Shown here in pieces: positions 33,331 through 34,768 of a stretch of 34,768 bases of DNA (its first letter is position 1; each line of letters starts with the position of its first letter). The translations under genes and the position numbers were made by a program. The stretch comes from a virus (lineage: Duplodnaviria > Heunggongvirae > Uroviricota > Caudoviricetes), in the IMG/VR virus record IMGVR_UViG_3300029258_003331; one strand, given 5' to 3'. The notes under the pieces are model-generated. The model did no database searches. It was not told the origin of the DNA and worked only from the letters and a program-made list of their open reading frames with translations.

Positions 33331-33903
33331 ATGAAACTTTCAGAGTGGGCGAAACAGAATGGTTTGAGTTATCGGACGGCTCACCGCCTGTTCCAGAGTG
33401 GTAAATTGCCTTGTGAAGCACAACAACTCGCAACAGGCACCATATTGGTACACCCTACGGAAGAACCATCTTCTGGTGATTTTGTCGTACTTTACGGAAG
33501 AGTGTCCTCACGTGATCAAAAAGATAATCTTGAGCGTCAGATGAATCGTCTCCGCGATTACGCTTCGGAGAAGGGTTTTAGGGTTACGCAGGAGATTACG
33601 GAAATAGGATCTGGACTTAACGGATCGAGGAAAAAGCTTTTGAAGATTCTCTCTTCAAAATCTATCTCGACTATCATTGTTGAGCATCGAGATCGATTGT
33701 CTCGCTTTGGCGTTGACTACATTGAGGCAGCACTTGATGCTGCTGGCAAGAGGATAATCGTGATAAATGAAGAGGAAGAGACTTCTGATCTCTTAAAGGA
33801 TTTCACAGATGTAGTCACTTCTATGTGTGCAAGAATTTATGGTAGAAGGTCAGCAAAGAATCGGGCAAAAAGAGCGATAAAGGCAGCAGAAAGTGAAGAT
33901 TAA
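33331..33903 (+). CDS. tnpA: IS607-family serine transposase
   Basis: MerR-like HTH (MKLSEWAK..LSYRTA), then YGRVSS..Q, EIGSGLN, EHRDRLSRFG. Confidence 0.95.
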   Translation: MKLSEWAKQNGLSYRTAHRLFQSGKLPCEAQQLATGTILVHPTEEPSSGDFVVLYGRVSSRDQKDNLERQMNRLRDYASEKGFRVTQEITEIGSGLNGSRKKLLKILSSKSISTIIVEHRDRLSRFGVDYIEAALDAAGKRIIVINEEEETSDLLKDFTDVVTSMCARIYGRRSAKNRAKRAIKAAESED

Positions 33904-34768
33904 GCGATCAAGCAAATGCTCTTTGAAGTTTGCCAATGAACAGAAGAGAGAAACTCTGAGAAACATTCTTTGTGAGTATGCTAAAGTCGTTAACCACTTC
34001 ATTGATCTTTTCTGGTTATCCTGTCCTGCACGTTGTCAGCTTTTGAAGCCAATTGTCAATTCACCGACGACTTGGTTATCTGCCAGGTTAAGAAAAGTAG
34101 CAGCGCGTGAAGCAATTGGAATGGTCAAGGCTTCAAGAGAAAGAGATGGTAAGAAAGCAAGAAAGCCGAAACACAGAGGCAAATCAATGTCTGTCTCCAG
34201 CACGATTGCTGAGTTACAGCCAGCAAAACACGCAAGAGAGTTTGATGCTTGGTTGCACTTAGCTTCTATTGGTGAAAAGATTTCATTAGATTTGCCTATT
34301 CGTTTTCATGATCAATTCAATCGCTTATCTCAACGAGGAGTGCGCCTGAACAGCTACGTCATCACTGATAGGTGTGTCCAATTCTGTTTTGAAATTGAAA
34401 CAGGGTTGAAGCAAGCGATCAACAAGTGTGTCGGAATTGATACAGGGATAAATTCTCTTGCTACGCTTTCCACGGGAGAAAGGTTAGGAACAGATATCAG
34501 GGAGAGGATTGAGAGAGTCAAGCGTTGCAGGCATGGGAGTAAGGGACAGCAAAAGGCAGCGAGAGCATTAAGACAACGGATGGATGAGGTTGCCAGGGAC
34601 GTTACTGACAATGCTTCTTTGGTCGTTGTTGAGAAGTTGAAGGGGATAACAAAAGGCACAAGACTCAAACGTCGATTGAGTAAAAACATTCGACGCTCTA
34701 TTGGCAGTTGGAATGTTCGATATTGGTTATCCAGGCTTCAGCAAGACTGTGAGGATAAGAACGTTTCT
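33893..34768 (+). CDS. tnpB: IS607-associated TnpB RNA-guided nuclease (truncated by the window end)
   Basis: GTG start overlapping tnpA. Open to the window end, so absent from the ORF track. RuvC-I VGIDTGINSLATLSTG and RuvC-II VVVEKLKGI. Confidence 0.92.
   Translation, partial: MKIKRSSKCSLKFANEQKRETLRNILCEYAKVVNHFIDLFWLSCPARCQLLKPIVNSPTTWLSARLRKVAAREAIGMVKASRERDGKKARKPKHRGKSMSVSSTIAELQPAKHAREFDAWLHLASIGEKISLDLPIRFHDQFNRLSQRGVRLNSYVITDRCVQFCFEIETGLKQAINKCVGIDTGINSLATLSTGERLGTDIRERIERVKRCRHGSKGQQKAARALRQRMDEVARDVTDNASLVVVEKLKGITKGTRLKRRLSKNIRRSIGSWNVRYWLSRLQQDCEDKNVS

Overview
Fragment of a large tailed-phage (Caudoviricetes-like) genome, standard genetic code, nearly all genes on the + strand. 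From left to right: (1) head module with a probable prohead protease, two acidic scaffold-like proteins, a decoration protein and the major capsid protein; (2) a class III ribonucleotide reductase locus in which nrdD carries an intein and is broken into two ORFs by a Hef-like endonuclease gene, followed by nrdG; (3) a lipoprotein/metacaspase module; (4) virion fibre-like genes with two embedded glycosyltransferases; (5) an array of 15 canonical tRNAs mixed with small ORFs and at least four non-canonical tRNA-like RNAs; (6) an IS607 element (tnpA plus tnpB, cut off by the window edge) and a separate tnpB/right-end remnant. Best leads: two, possibly three, circularly permuted tRNA-like RNAs sharing a scaffold motif (27813-28696); a fractured, apparently unspliced NrdD; a 204-bp segment whose inversion restores a zinc-finger/HTH gene; an orphan TnpB guide-RNA cassette; and a tmRNA-like mini-RNA with a UAU loop. 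All protein family calls come from motif recognition by eye; no searches or folding programs were run. The host is inferred to be a bacterium, probably anaerobic.
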